Shown: one piece after another, positions 9,168 to 19,417 of the stretch
Layout of the letters: every line of letters starts with the position of its first letter
Position numbering within the stretch: position 1 is the first letter of the stretch
Origin: Clostridiales bacterium
GTDB taxonomy: Bacteria; Bacillota; Clostridia; Saccharofermentanales; Saccharofermentanaceae
Reading direction: 5' to 3'
NCBI GenBank assembly: GCA_017513085.1
Contig: JAFWDK010000019.1
Span: 96,001-160,000, forward strand
DNA length: 64,000 bases
Translations under genes and position numbers: made by a program
Notes under the pieces: model-generated
The model's database searches: none
What the model saw: only the letters and a program-made list of their open reading frames with translations
What the model was told of the DNA's origin: nothing

Positions 9168-9785
9168 TTATTTCCCGGAAGGCCTTGCAGTCGGCATATC
9201 CGGAGCGCCGGAAAGAGGTTTCATCAACCCGAGTTCCTCTGCTTTCTTTCTTACCAACTCAATGTCTTTCCAGAGTTTGATACGCTCGTTATTGTTCCGA
9301 AGGATGTATGCCGGATGAAACGTCGGCATAATATAATACCCGTTCTTCTCCAGGAATTGTCCACGGATCTCCGTCATCTTAGCCATCTTATCCCCGGTAA
9401 AAAGAGTGTAGGCAGTCTTTCCCAGAAGCACTATGATCTTCGGTTTTGAGATCAGGATCTGCTTACCGAGAAGTTTCTTGCAGGCCTTCGCTTCTGCTTC
9501 AGTAGGCACGCGGTTCTCCGGCGGGCGGCACTTCACCACGTTTGCAATATGAAAGTCTTCCATAGAAAAACCCTGCGCATCCAAAAGAAGCTGTAAGAGC
9601 TGACCTGCCTGGCCGACAAACGGGAGACCCTGCTCATCCTCGTTGGCACCGGGACCTTCTCCGATAAACATGATCGGAGCCACCACGCTGCCACGATAGA
9701 TCACAACGTTTTTTCTGGTTTCGGAAAGCGGACATGCCTGACAATTCCGACACTCTTCAACAAAATCGTTCCAGGATATTTTCAT
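9168..9785 (-). CDS. Uracil-DNA glycosylase family 4 (Fe-S)
   Basis: Cxx[33 protein letters not shown] motifs. Confidence 0.93.
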   Translation of the reverse strand: MKISWNDFVEECRNCQACPLSETRKNVVIYRGSVVAPIMFIGEGPGANEDEQGLPFVGQAGQLLQLLLDAQGFSMEDFHIANVVKCRPPENRVPTEAEAKACKKLLGKQILISKPKIIVLLGKTAYTLFTGDKMAKMTEIRGQFLEKNGYYIMPTFHPAYILRNNNERIKLWKDIELVRKKAEELGLMKPLSGAPDMPTARPSGK

Positions 9786-9802
9786 AAGATCACCAACAGG
9801 TT

Positions 9803-10147
9803 TTAACGCAAAACAACAACAGTAATACCATCGTTACCCTTGGCCCAATCCGGGTCATTACGGAAAGCGGGACACGCCTCCACGATGGATCTTCCCAAAG
9901 TCTCGAAAGGACCGAACTGCTCACCCGGGCAGAATGCACGGATACGTCCCTCATCTTTCATGGTACGAAGCAATTCCAGTGTAGCCGTCTTGATCACACC
10001 GCCTTTACCTGTGGAACCATAACCATGTACAACCTTGACCTGGTTGACTCCGACACGGCGCAAAGTATTCAGTTCCAAACGCAATTTACGAATGGCAACA
10101 TCGACTTTCGGCATTCCTTCTTTGATATTGATGATACTTGCGGCCAT
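9803..10147 (-). CDS. Stand-alone Smr domain protein
   Basis: KVVHGYGSTGKGGVIK and terminal GNDGITVVVL typical of the Smr fold. Confidence 0.8.
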   Translation of the reverse strand: MAASIINIKEGMPKVDVAIRKLRLELNTLRRVGVNQVKVVHGYGSTGKGGVIKTATLELLRTMKDEGRIRAFCPGEQFGPFETLGRSIVEACPAFRNDPDWAKGNDGITVVVLR

Positions 10148-10241
10148 AATATACCTCTACTCTCGACTTACACAATTATTATATCACATTTTTCATTTTT
10201 TTCATGTTTGAAAGTGTAGGCATTTTGCTATAATAGCAGAC

Positions 10242-10958
10242 ATGAGGATCGATAAAATTTTGGCAAATTCAGGCTATGGTACACGCTCGCAAGTAAAGGA
10301 ATTCTTGCGATCCGGTCGTGTTACGCTCAACGGAGAAGTCGTCTCCGACCCGGGTTTTTCCGTATTTGACAAAGATATTTCCTCCATCTGTCTGGATGGT
10401 TCGCCGATAGCGGCTTCCCAGCATCTGTATTTTTGTTTAAATAAGCCTGACGGCTATCTTACTGCTATGAGCGACGACCGTCTGCCTTGCGTAGGTGATC
10501 TTCTTCCTGATCATTTGAAAACGAAAAAACTTGCTCCGGTCGGACGATTGGATTATCACACGACAGGGGTCCTTCTCATTACCAACGACGGCGATCTGTC
10601 CCATAAGCTCACCAGTCCGAAATGGCACAAAGAAAAAGTTTACCTGGTCTCCTACGAGGGAGAAGCTCTCACGGAAAAAGAAGTCGAGTCCTTCTCGAAA
10701 GGGATCACGCTACTCGAGAAAGGTCATGAACCGGAAAGATTGAAGCCGGCTAAACTGATCCTTCTGTCACCCGGCCAATGCCGCCTGGTACTGACGGAAG
10801 GAAAGACACATCAGGTCAAGCGCATGCTCGCATCCCAGGGCCGAAGCGTCGTTGCCCTGCACAGAGAGAGCATCGGATCGCTGCGTCTTCACGAGGGACA
10901 AAAGCCTGGAGAAATGTATGCGTTAAGCAGCGAAGAAATCGACTCGCTAAAAGACTAA
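10242..10958 (+). CDS. RsuA-family pseudouridine synthase
   Basis: S4 domain MRIDKIL; NKPDG, GRLD, EGKTHQVKRM. Confidence 0.93.
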   Translation: MRIDKILANSGYGTRSQVKEFLRSGRVTLNGEVVSDPGFSVFDKDISSICLDGSPIAASQHLYFCLNKPDGYLTAMSDDRLPCVGDLLPDHLKTKKLAPVGRLDYHTTGVLLITNDGDLSHKLTSPKWHKEKVYLVSYEGEALTEKEVESFSKGITLLEKGHEPERLKPAKLILLSPGQCRLVLTEGKTHQVKRMLASQGRSVVALHRESIGSLRLHEGQKPGEMYALSSEEIDSLKD

Positions 10959-10961
10959 GTA

Positions 10962-12035
10962 TCAATCGTTGGACTCAGCATATGGATGAAGCTCGAGGTA
11001 ATCCTTACGGATCTTATCCATATCTTTCAGCATGTTCATAAGGAACTCTTTTGAACGGTCCAATTCATCACCGCCTGCATTGAGTCCGATCACGATCGAA
11101 GTATCGGATTCTTTCCAGAGAACCGAAACACCCAGTGCTTTTTGATCGATCTTATCCTTGATGATAAATCCATAGACATGCTCTTCATAGGATTTTTCAG
11201 TCAATTCTGGAAGTTCGACGCCGCTGGATGCGATCTTATCTCCGAATTCTTCTACGAAGCGGGCCTGCGAGTAAATGTACGGCTGAATATGCGCAAGCTC
11301 CTCCTGTGTCCAGGTATTCTTCATCTGCTCATAAAGGTCATCCAGAGAAAGCATGGTCTCACTGGAAACATAGCTCGGTACGGTATACGCATCGTAGATC
11401 AGAATAGACGGTCGGACTGCCATCAGTCCGGCTTCACGCTGAAGCGCATATACATCGATCTCCGCGCCTTCCTGATTATCCGAGACTACATCGACATAAG
11501 TCACTTCCGGATTTTTAAATGAGGAATGCGAAGTAGTGATATCGCTAAGGATGCTCGCATCCACATCAAAATGACCGATACCGGTAACACGGACATCCAG
11601 ACGAGGGCTGAGGAAAAAGAACCGGACAACCGCTACAAGAAATATTATGACAGCGATCGCGACCACGAACTTCGCCCACTCGTAATGGAAGAACTCTCCC
11701 CACTGCTTCTTACTCTTTCCGAAATACCGCTTGGCGGAAGCCGCCTCTTTCTCTTCCGCGGCTTCTCTGTCACGTCTTCCGGAAGCAATATGATACGCAG
11801 CAGAAATGTCTGCCAGTTTCTGTTCATTCTTCTGTGCCTTATAGGTCTTTCCAAGTTTCCAGAAACGATCGTCCAGATCGCTTCTTTTCGCCCACGGGGG
11901 AAGATCAAAATAATTCAGCGCCTCTTCCTTGGTCATGCTCTCGATGCTCGGATCAGGGCGGATCGGTTCCTCCTTGGGCTCAACATTATTGTTCTGTGGT
12001 TCTTTATCAGCCATTCTTTTTCCCTTATTGTCCAT
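10962..12035 (-). CDS. Single-pass membrane protein with N-terminal J-like domain (alternative start 12014)
   Basis: MTKEEALNYFDL...ISAAYHIA segment, TM helix FVVAIAVIIFLVAVVRFFFL, large C-terminal soluble domain. Confidence 0.7.
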   Translation of the reverse strand: MDNKGKRMADKEPQNNNVEPKEEPIRPDPSIESMTKEEALNYFDLPPWAKRSDLDDRFWKLGKTYKAQKNEQKLADISAAYHIASGRRDREAAEEKEAASAKRYFGKSKKQWGEFFHYEWAKFVVAIAVIIFLVAVVRFFFLSPRLDVRVTGIGHFDVDASILSDITTSHSSFKNPEVTYVDVVSDNQEGAEIDVYALQREAGLMAVRPSILIYDAYTVPSYVSSETMLSLDDLYEQMKNTWTQEELAHIQPYIYSQARFVEEFGDKIASSGVELPELTEKSYEEHVYGFIIKDKIDQKALGVSVLWKESDTSIVIGLNAGGDELDRSKEFLMNMLKDMDKIRKDYLELHPYAESND

Positions 12036-12079
12036 TCTTTCTTTTCAGATGGAAAAGCACGCAATCTGCGTGCCTTCCG

Positions 12080-12793
12080 TTATTTTTTCTTCATTTCTCT
12101 CTTGAAAGCTCTGAAGTCCGCTAACGCCGCCCAGCCGATCTTGAAGATCTTCTTAATGTTGATGGAGTTCTTGCCTCCTTGTCTGGGTTTGAACGTAATC
12201 ACACGGAGCGTATAGTTCTCTTTATAGTAAGCAAAGAATGTGGTCAGCATAACGTTCGGAAGATTGTAGTCTTCTCTGAACCGCCCCACATATTTATTGA
12301 CCAGCGTGCTCTTCATGAGACGGAAAGGAGCATTGGAATCCTTCACTTTAACACCGAAATGCAATCTGAGCAGGAAGCAGAGGAACTTCTCGACGAACTT
12401 TCTTGATTTTCCATCCCCACGGACCACACGGTTTCCGAGGATCGCATCATACTGATTTCTCAATTCCCAGAAAGCCTGGAATTCATTCGGATCTGTCTGA
12501 CCATCCGAGTCAGTCTGAAAAATATAATCCGCGCCGTTAGCCACCGCATACTTATACATCGCGATCAGCTTCGGACCATGCTGCTTGAGGCAGTCTGACA
12601 TGATCTCCAGCTTCGGGTACTTCTGTTGTAAGGAGACCAGGATCTCATGCGTTCTATCCGAACTGCCGCTATCTGCCACAACCATCCGGGAGCCCTCTCC
12701 CTTATCTTCAATGATCGGATACCAGTCACTTACGACTTTCTCGATATTGGCTTCCTCATTATATGCCGGCATTACAATATAAAGATTATCCAT
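12080..12793 (-). CDS. GT2 glycosyltransferase (polyprenol-phosphate type)
   Basis: IVMPAYNEE, DSGSSDRT, QTDSDGQ; ATG 12793 with AGGAG RBS. Confidence 0.9.
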   Translation of the reverse strand: MDNLYIVMPAYNEEANIEKVVSDWYPIIEDKGEGSRMVVADSGSSDRTHEILVSLQQKYPKLEIMSDCLKQHGPKLIAMYKYAVANGADYIFQTDSDGQTDPNEFQAFWELRNQYDAILGNRVVRGDGKSRKFVEKFLCFLLRLHFGVKVKDSNAPFRLMKSTLVNKYVGRFREDYNLPNVMLTTFFAYYKENYTLRVITFKPRQGGKNSINIKKIFKIGWAALADFRAFKREMKKK

Positions 12794-12854
12794 ATTCCGT
12801 GCTCCTGTGTTCGCTTGATTATCTTTTATTATATCATTGCTTGTCCGGTTTGTG

Positions 12855-13979
12855 TCAGGCAAGTTCTCTCTTCACAAGCGCCAACGCCGAGGCAACGACA
12901 GCGTCCATGTCATAGTACTTGTACTCGCCCAGACGTCCGCCGAAAATGACCTTCTGTTCTTTATCTGCGAGTTCGCGGTACTTGGCGTAAAGCGCACCAT
13001 TTGCTTCGTCATTCACCGGGTAATACGGCTCGTCGCCCGGCTTCCACTCGGAACTGTACTCACGGCTGATCACGGTCTTCGGAAGATCACGGCCTTCTTC
13101 ATCCTTACCAAATGTAAACCACTTATGCTCAATGATCCTTGTCCAGGGTGTTTCCCGATCAGTATAGTTCACTGCCGCGTTGCCCTGGAAATTCGGCTTA
13201 TCCAGCAGTTCGTTCTCGAATCTTACCGAGCGGTACTGAAGATAACCCAGGGAGAATGCATAATAAGCATCGATCGGTCCGGTGAACAGGACCTTGTCAG
13301 CCATCGCATTCCACTTCTCCTTATCATCCAGATAATTCGTATTCAAGCGCACCTCGATACCTTCGAGCATGTTTTCGACCATCTTGGTGTAACCCTTGGT
13401 CGGAATACCCTGATAAAGAGCATTGAAATAGTTATTGTCAAAAGTCAGGCGTACCGGAAGGCGCTTGATGATAAACGCCGGCAAGTCTTTGCAGTCACGC
13501 CCCCACTGCTTTTCCGTATAACCCTTTACCAGTTTTTCAAAGATGTCACGGCCCACCAACGAAATCGCCTGCTCCTCCAGATTGGAAGGTTCTTTGCCCG
13601 CCATCTCGGCTTTCTGTTCATCGATCTTCGCCTGTGCCTCTTCCGGCGTCACAACGCCCCACATTTTATTAAACGTGTACATATTGAACGGCAAAGAGAA
13701 AAGCTCTCCTTTATAGTTCGCGACCGGACTATTGGTAAAGCGGTTAAAAGCGGTAAACTGATTCAGATAGTTCCATACTTCTTCATTGTTCGTATGGAAA
13801 ATATGCGCACCATAAGTATGGACTTTGATCCCTTCCACATCTTCGCAGTAGACATTTCCGGCAATGTGCGGACGCTTCTCGATCACCAGCACACTCTTGC
13901 CGCGCGCTTTTGCCTCATGAGCAAAAACTGCTCCGAAAAGACCTGCTCCTACTACCAGATAATCATACTTATTTTCCAT
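12855..13979 (-). CDS. glf: UDP-galactopyranose mutase
   Basis: VVGAGLFG, YGAHIFHT, YTEKQWG, EPYYPVN, GRLGEYKYYDMD. Confidence 0.97.
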   Translation of the reverse strand: MENKYDYLVVGAGLFGAVFAHEAKARGKSVLVIEKRPHIAGNVYCEDVEGIKVHTYGAHIFHTNNEEVWNYLNQFTAFNRFTNSPVANYKGELFSLPFNMYTFNKMWGVVTPEEAQAKIDEQKAEMAGKEPSNLEEQAISLVGRDIFEKLVKGYTEKQWGRDCKDLPAFIIKRLPVRLTFDNNYFNALYQGIPTKGYTKMVENMLEGIEVRLNTNYLDDKEKWNAMADKVLFTGPIDAYYAFSLGYLQYRSVRFENELLDKPNFQGNAAVNYTDRETPWTRIIEHKWFTFGKDEEGRDLPKTVISREYSSEWKPGDEPYYPVNDEANGALYAKYRELADKEQKVIFGGRLGEYKYYDMDAVVASALALVKRELA

Positions 13980-14721
13980 TCTGCTTCGCCGCCTTTCTTC
14001 TTTCCCGACGCAATGCGGAAACTTTTTTTCTTATTTTAAATGTATCCTTGAACACCAGCCAGATGTCCGAAAACTTGATTCGGGAAAAACCACCCTGTCT
14101 CGTAAACACAAGGCGGATCGGTCTCTCGATGATTTTAGCGCCTAATTCATTCGCCACCGCTAGGATCTCAATATCGTACGCAAAGCCCTTCGTCATAACA
14201 TCTTCTATTATACCCTTAAGAAGACCGGCCTTAAAAAGCTTAATGCCGGTTTGCGTATCATGTACTTTCAACCGGAAAAGCACCCGCAGCATGACGTAAT
14301 AGCCGAAGCTGACAAATTTTCTGATAAAAGGATACTCCAATTGCGATTCTTTATGCATCTTGGACCCGATCACCACATCTGCCTGCTCGGATTCCATGTG
14401 TTTCAGAAAATCTTCGAAGTGATCCGGTGAAAGATCCAGATCCGAATCGAGAAACGCAATATTCTCTCCTTGCGCGGCTTTGACGCCCTGCTTGATGGCA
14501 TTGCCCTTACCGCCGTTCGGCTGATAGGTCACGACCTTGATCCGATCGCACTCGGCTTTCGCTTTTTCCATTTCTTCCAGCGTATTGTCTTTACTGCCGT
14601 CATTCACACAAACGATCTCAAAATCTTCGCAGAACGAAGAAATGATCCGGTTCGTCTCCAGAAGATTCGCATAAATGTGCTCACCTTCGTTATAAGCCGG
14701 CATTACTACAGACAAAATCAT
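13969..14721 (-). CDS. GT2 glycosyltransferase (DPM1/Alg5-like)
   Basis: VVMPAYNEG, NDGSKD, NGGKG, DSDLD, DTQTGIKLF, FAYDIEIL. Confidence 0.9.
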   Translation of the reverse strand: MILSVVMPAYNEGEHIYANLLETNRIISSFCEDFEIVCVNDGSKDNTLEEMEKAKAECDRIKVVTYQPNGGKGNAIKQGVKAAQGENIAFLDSDLDLSPDHFEDFLKHMESEQADVVIGSKMHKESQLEYPFIRKFVSFGYYVMLRVLFRLKVHDTQTGIKLFKAGLLKGIIEDVMTKGFAYDIEILAVANELGAKIIERPIRLVFTRQGGFSRIKFSDIWLVFKDTFKIRKKVSALRRERRKAAKQNGK

Positions 14722-16364
14722 ACATATCCTCCCTGTTCGATCCGGTTCGTCTCTGACATATAGATCAGAAACGGTCCGGACGATGTTACAAAAGTATATT
14801 CAGACAATAATGTTTCCGGGACCCGTACGACCGAGTTGACGGAAACGATCAGCATATTTCTCTTTGGTGCGTCGGTCAGGTAATCGAAATAAAGATAATC
14901 TCCGCCCTCGTGAAAAACACTTACCGGATTCCAGCCCGCCAGCGTCTTATAAACATGGTCGGTATCGATCACCCGGAAGTTTCTCGTTTCCAGGGCAATG
15001 TCCCCGCCATATCCGTAGATCACGTCCGGAGCCTGTTCTTCCACGATCTTCATGACCGCATCGTATGCATCTACATCGATGGTTCTGTTATTATACAACC
15101 GATGGTCCAGTATGTGGGAACCAAGGACTGCCAACAGAAGCACTATCATACCAATATACTTGAAAAGTGCCCGCGAGGAAAGAGAATCCACAAAAAAACC
15201 ACATGAAAGTGTCATAACGATCAATACGGGGATAAGATAGCGGTACTCGAATATCTTCGCGGAATACGTCATTTTCAGAAGGAAAAACATCAGAACATTA
15301 AGTCCTGTCAGAAACACAAAAAACGCCTGCGGCACCGACTCGGAGAAGTGCTTTTTCGTATGTCTGCAAAGCATAACAAAAGATAAAAGGAGAACCGTGG
15401 TAACCACCAGAGCGAGAATGTAGTCTATGCCGTTTCGGGAAAAGACCTGTACAGCTCCCGCTTCGGATGTCGGCAGGGATCCGGTCAGCTGAAGGAATCC
15501 AAGGAATACGGAGGAGATGTTTTTTCCGAGATTTTCCAGCGGTATCAGCTCCATTAGGCTGTCGCGGCTCTCAAATTCGATAGCGTATTTCTGAAGGATC
15601 TTTCCAAGAAGCGTTGCGGCAAGCGCAATATAGAAAAAGCAAGCCAAGGATCGTCTTGCGATGGACAGATCATTCTTGACACAGATCATTACGATCAGGA
15701 GTACGAATAACGGAAGCAAAACAGTCACCGCCATATAAAAGCCGCTGGAAAGAGCCGTGAGAAAGAGCATGAGCTCGGTGGCAATGAAAAGGACCAGTTT
15801 GGACCGCTTCGGTTTTTCTCCGTCTTTTAGATCTATGATCACTTTTATCACCATCAGAAGGATACACATCTTAACGATACATGCGCCGAAATTGACGAAC
15901 ATGCAGGAATAGTAGCCCAGGTCATTGGCGTTGTTGAACGTGATATCCAGATAACTCATTGAAACAAGGTTCAGCGAGACGGCTCTGGCAAGAAGGCTGA
16001 ATTTCAAACCTTTCATAACAAAATAGAAAAGCAGGAAAAAAGCGATATCAAAAAACCACACCGCTAATCCATAAGCCAGAAACAAGTCCTTGATAAAAGA
16101 ATGAAAGAATGCCGCCAGCGGGATCGGTGTGTCGAACTGCAGTGTCGTCGTCTCCATAAAGTCAGAAATAAACAGTGTCTTCTGCTTTGTCATCTCTGAA
16201 GCTTTCAGAAGCGAGGCGCTTGCATCAAAACCAAGATGGCTTCTGGTCATAAAAAGACAATCGTAAGAAAGAAAAATAAACTGCATAATAAAACACAGAA
16301 AAAACAACAACATGAAAACATCTTCGGCACGGAATCGTTTCAGTCGTTTTTTCAGTTCCATCAT
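14718..16364 (-). CDS. Polytopic membrane protein, probable GT-C fold glycosyltransferase
   Basis: Many hydrophobic segments, acidic first loop (LGFDAS), RYLIP motif, soluble C-terminal tail; AAGGAG RBS before ATG 16364. Confidence 0.6.
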   Translation of the reverse strand: MMELKKRLKRFRAEDVFMLLFFLCFIMQFIFLSYDCLFMTRSHLGFDASASLLKASEMTKQKTLFISDFMETTTLQFDTPIPLAAFFHSFIKDLFLAYGLAVWFFDIAFFLLFYFVMKGLKFSLLARAVSLNLVSMSYLDITFNNANDLGYYSCMFVNFGACIVKMCILLMVIKVIIDLKDGEKPKRSKLVLFIATELMLFLTALSSGFYMAVTVLLPLFVLLIVMICVKNDLSIARRSLACFFYIALAATLLGKILQKYAIEFESRDSLMELIPLENLGKNISSVFLGFLQLTGSLPTSEAGAVQVFSRNGIDYILALVVTTVLLLSFVMLCRHTKKHFSESVPQAFFVFLTGLNVLMFFLLKMTYSAKIFEYRYLIPVLIVMTLSCGFFVDSLSSRALFKYIGMIVLLLAVLGSHILDHRLYNNRTIDVDAYDAVMKIVEEQAPDVIYGYGGDIALETRNFRVIDTDHVYKTLAGWNPVSVFHEGGDYLYFDYLTDAPKRNMLIVSVNSVVRVPETLLSEYTFVTSSGPFLIYMSETNRIEQGGYV

Positions 16365-16440
16365 GCTTCTCCTTCCGCATTTTTGACCAAATAATATTTT
16401 ACCATCATTCGGGATACTCTTGCAATTTACAGGATTTATC

Positions 16441-16483
16441 AAAAAAGACTGCCCCGTTTCCCGAAAAGGAAACAAGGCAGTCT
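16441..16483 (-). terminator. Intrinsic terminator after sugar ABC operon
   Basis: AGACTGCC..GTTTCC / GGAAAC..GGCAGTCT followed by TTTTT. Confidence 0.8.
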
Positions 16484-16513
16484 GAAAAACCGTAAACAGG
16501 ATCGGAATTCCGA

Positions 16514-17713
16514 TCAGGTATTCTTCGCCAGAAGCTTACCGCCACGCTTACTTACTACGTCGAAGATAACCGCAGCGAGAAGAACGAGACCTTTTACGAC
16601 CTTCTGCATGTTCTGGTCAACGCCCATGGAGAACATACCGAGGTTGATGACACCCATAAGAAGGGCACCAATGATAACGCCCGGAACTGTTCCGATTCCG
16701 CCGTAAGCGGAAGCACCACCGATGAAGCAGGATGCGATAGCGTCCATCTCATAGTTCTGACCATATGTCGGCTGAGCCGATGTCATACGGGCAATGGTGA
16801 TCATGCCGGCCAAAGCAGAGAGCAGACCCATGTTTGTGTATGCCAGGAAGTAAACCTTGTTCGTGTTGATACCGGAAAGCTTGGTTGCCTTCTCGTTACC
16901 ACCTACCGCATAGAAATAACGGCCGGTAGTGGTATTCGATGTAATGTAAGAATAGATGATGATAACACCGATAACGATCAGCAGAACGTTCGGGATACCC
17001 TTATGCTGTGCAAGACGGAATCCGAAAACAGCAATAACCAGAGAAATGACGATCAGCTTTGCGCACCACGGTGCAAACTTCTCGACTTCATACTGCTTCT
17101 TCACACGCTTTCTTCTGCTGTTCACTGTAATGAAAACATAAATCGCGATAGCGATCGCAGAAGCCAGAACACATGTGATATTTACGGAGTTGTCACCGAA
17201 AAAGTCCGGAACATAGCAGTTAGCACCACCACCGAAAGTTTTTACGAATCCTGTATAATTCTGAAGAGAAACTGTCATACCGTTCAGCACAACATTACTC
17301 AATCCACGGAAAATCAACATACCGGACAATGTTACGATAAAAGGCGGAATACGCACATGTGCGATCCAGAAAGCCTGCCAGGCACCGATCAATGTACCGA
17401 TGACAAACATAATGATTACTGTAAGCACCGGGTTCATGTGGACAGAATCAAGGAGTTTCGCACCGACTGCGCCGACAAAACAAACTACCGAACCAACGGA
17501 AAGATCGATGTTACCACCCGTCAGGATGCAAAGGAGCATACCGGTGGCCAGTACGAATACATAAGCGTTCTGGGAAATCAGGTTACTAACGTTACTTGGC
17601 AGAAGGATCGCGCCTCCTGTCTGAATACTAAAGAAAATGATGACCAGGATCAACACGATGACCATGGTGTACTTATTGATGAAACCAAGTACTTTGTTTT
17701 TACTATTCATCAT
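16514..17713 (-). CDS. gguB: Multiple-monosaccharide ABC permease (MmsB/GguB type)
   Basis: [40 protein letters not shown]. Confidence 0.9.
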   Translation of the reverse strand: MMNSKNKVLGFINKYTMVIVLILVIIFFSIQTGGAILLPSNVSNLISQNAYVFVLATGMLLCILTGGNIDLSVGSVVCFVGAVGAKLLDSVHMNPVLTVIIMFVIGTLIGAWQAFWIAHVRIPPFIVTLSGMLIFRGLSNVVLNGMTVSLQNYTGFVKTFGGGANCYVPDFFGDNSVNITCVLASAIAIAIYVFITVNSRRKRVKKQYEVEKFAPWCAKLIVISLVIAVFGFRLAQHKGIPNVLLIVIGVIIIYSYITSNTTTGRYFYAVGGNEKATKLSGINTNKVYFLAYTNMGLLSALAGMITIARMTSAQPTYGQNYEMDAIASCFIGGASAYGGIGTVPGVIIGALLMGVINLGMFSMGVDQNMQKVVKGLVLLAAVIFDVVSKRGGKLLAKNT

Positions 17714-19287
17714 TCCACTCCTTCCAATACTTTACTATCTTCTTCGACATCATTTTTCGAGTCATCGCTGTTGATGATCATTGCCATGATCTTCTCCTGC
17801 GTTGCTTCCTCGCCGGAAAGTTCACCGACGAACTTTCCTTCACTCATAACGTAGATACGGTCGCACATACCGAGAAGCTCCGGCATCTCTGAGGAGATCA
17901 TGATGACCGATTTACCTTCGCTGACAAGCTGGTTGATGATACAGTAGATCTCGTATTTTGCACCTACATCGATACCACGTGTCGGTTCATCGAGGATCAG
18001 GATATCCGGATCAGCAAACATCCACTTCGCAAGAAGCACTTTCTGCTGATTACCACCACTGAGGTTACCTACCAACTGCTCAACTGTCGGACATTTCGTC
18101 TTGAGCTTGTTCTTGTACTCCACAGCAACACGATATTCTTCATCGCGGTTGATAATACCATGATTGCTGACGCCCTTCAGGTTCGCCAATGTCGTATTGG
18201 TCTTGATCGCATTGGAAAGGATCAATCCGTTTCCTTTACGGTCTTCCGTAACATAAGCGATCTTATTCTTGATTGCTTCCTCAACTGAATTCAGATGCAA
18301 TTCCTTGCCATCTTTGATGATCGTACCGGTTATGTTTTCTCCATAAGATTTACCGAAGATACTCATGGCCAGTTCCGTACGACCAGCGCCCATAAGTCCG
18401 GAGATACCAAGCACCTCGCCTTTCTTCACGTTAAAGCTTACGTTATCCACGATCTTTCTTTCAGAATAAAGCGGATGATATGCGCTCCAGTTATGAACTT
18501 CGAGACACACCTGACCGATATTTGAAGTACGCTTCGGGAAACGGTCTGCAATTTCTCGACCAACCATGCCTTTAATGATACGTGGTTCGGAGAAGTCGTC
18601 CACACCCTTTACCAGTGTTTCGATCGTCGAACCGTCTCGAATGACCGTGATCTTATCGGCAACATAGGAAACCTCATTCAATTTGTGAGAAATAATGATC
18701 GAGGTCATGCCTTCTTTTTTGAACTTAAGCATCAAGTCCAAAAGATGCCGGGATTCGGATTCATTCAATGAGGATGTCGGTTCGTCAAGGATAAGAAGCT
18801 TTGCATTCTTGGCCAGTGCTTTTGCAATCTCGACCAACTGCTGCTTACCTACTCCGATATCTTTGATCAATGTACGGGAAGATTCAGAGAGTCCGACGAT
18901 TCGGAGATATTCATTTCCCTTTCCGTAAGTTTCATTCCAATTAATCTTGTAGCGGGATCCCTGTTCATTTCCGAGGAACATGTTCTCGCCGATCGTCATG
19001 TAGGGAACCAGGGCAAGTTCCTGATGAATAATAACAATACCCTTACGCTCACTGTCTTTAGTATTGGTAAAGTGACACTCTTCACCATCGTAGAAAATCT
19101 GTCCTTCATACGATCCGTACGGGTAAATTCCACTCAGTACGTTCATCAAAGTGGATTTTCCTGCGCCATTTTCTCCAACCAGTGCATGGATCTCCCCTTC
19201 TTCGACCTGAAGATTAACATTATCCAGTGCTTTTACACCTGGGAAGGTTTTGGTAATGTTTTTCATTTCCAGCAAAATTTTTGCCAA
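17710..19287 (-). CDS. gguA: Multiple-monosaccharide ABC ATP-binding protein (MmsA/GguA type)
   Basis: [17 protein letters not shown], tandem ABC domains; TTG start with AGGAGG RBS. Confidence 0.92.
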   Translation of the reverse strand: MAKILLEMKNITKTFPGVKALDNVNLQVEEGEIHALVGENGAGKSTLMNVLSGIYPYGSYEGQIFYDGEECHFTNTKDSERKGIVIIHQELALVPYMTIGENMFLGNEQGSRYKINWNETYGKGNEYLRIVGLSESSRTLIKDIGVGKQQLVEIAKALAKNAKLLILDEPTSSLNESESRHLLDLMLKFKKEGMTSIIISHKLNEVSYVADKITVIRDGSTIETLVKGVDDFSEPRIIKGMVGREIADRFPKRTSNIGQVCLEVHNWSAYHPLYSERKIVDNVSFNVKKGEVLGISGLMGAGRTELAMSIFGKSYGENITGTIIKDGKELHLNSVEEAIKNKIAYVTEDRKGNGLILSNAIKTNTTLANLKGVSNHGIINRDEEYRVAVEYKNKLKTKCPTVEQLVGNLSGGNQQKVLLAKWMFADPDILILDEPTRGIDVGAKYEIYCIINQLVSEGKSVIMISSEMPELLGMCDRIYVMSEGKFVGELSGEEATQEKIMAMIINSDDSKNDVEEDSKVLEGVE

Positions 19288-19417
19288 TGTTATCCCTCCT
19301 TGTAATCCATGTTCGTTCAAATAATCTTGCATGAACAAGTCCCCTTAAATCCTTTTTTCGAAGATATAAGGGGACTCGCCATGTCGTTACGTCATACTAA
19401 CTTTTCGCAATCTGATA

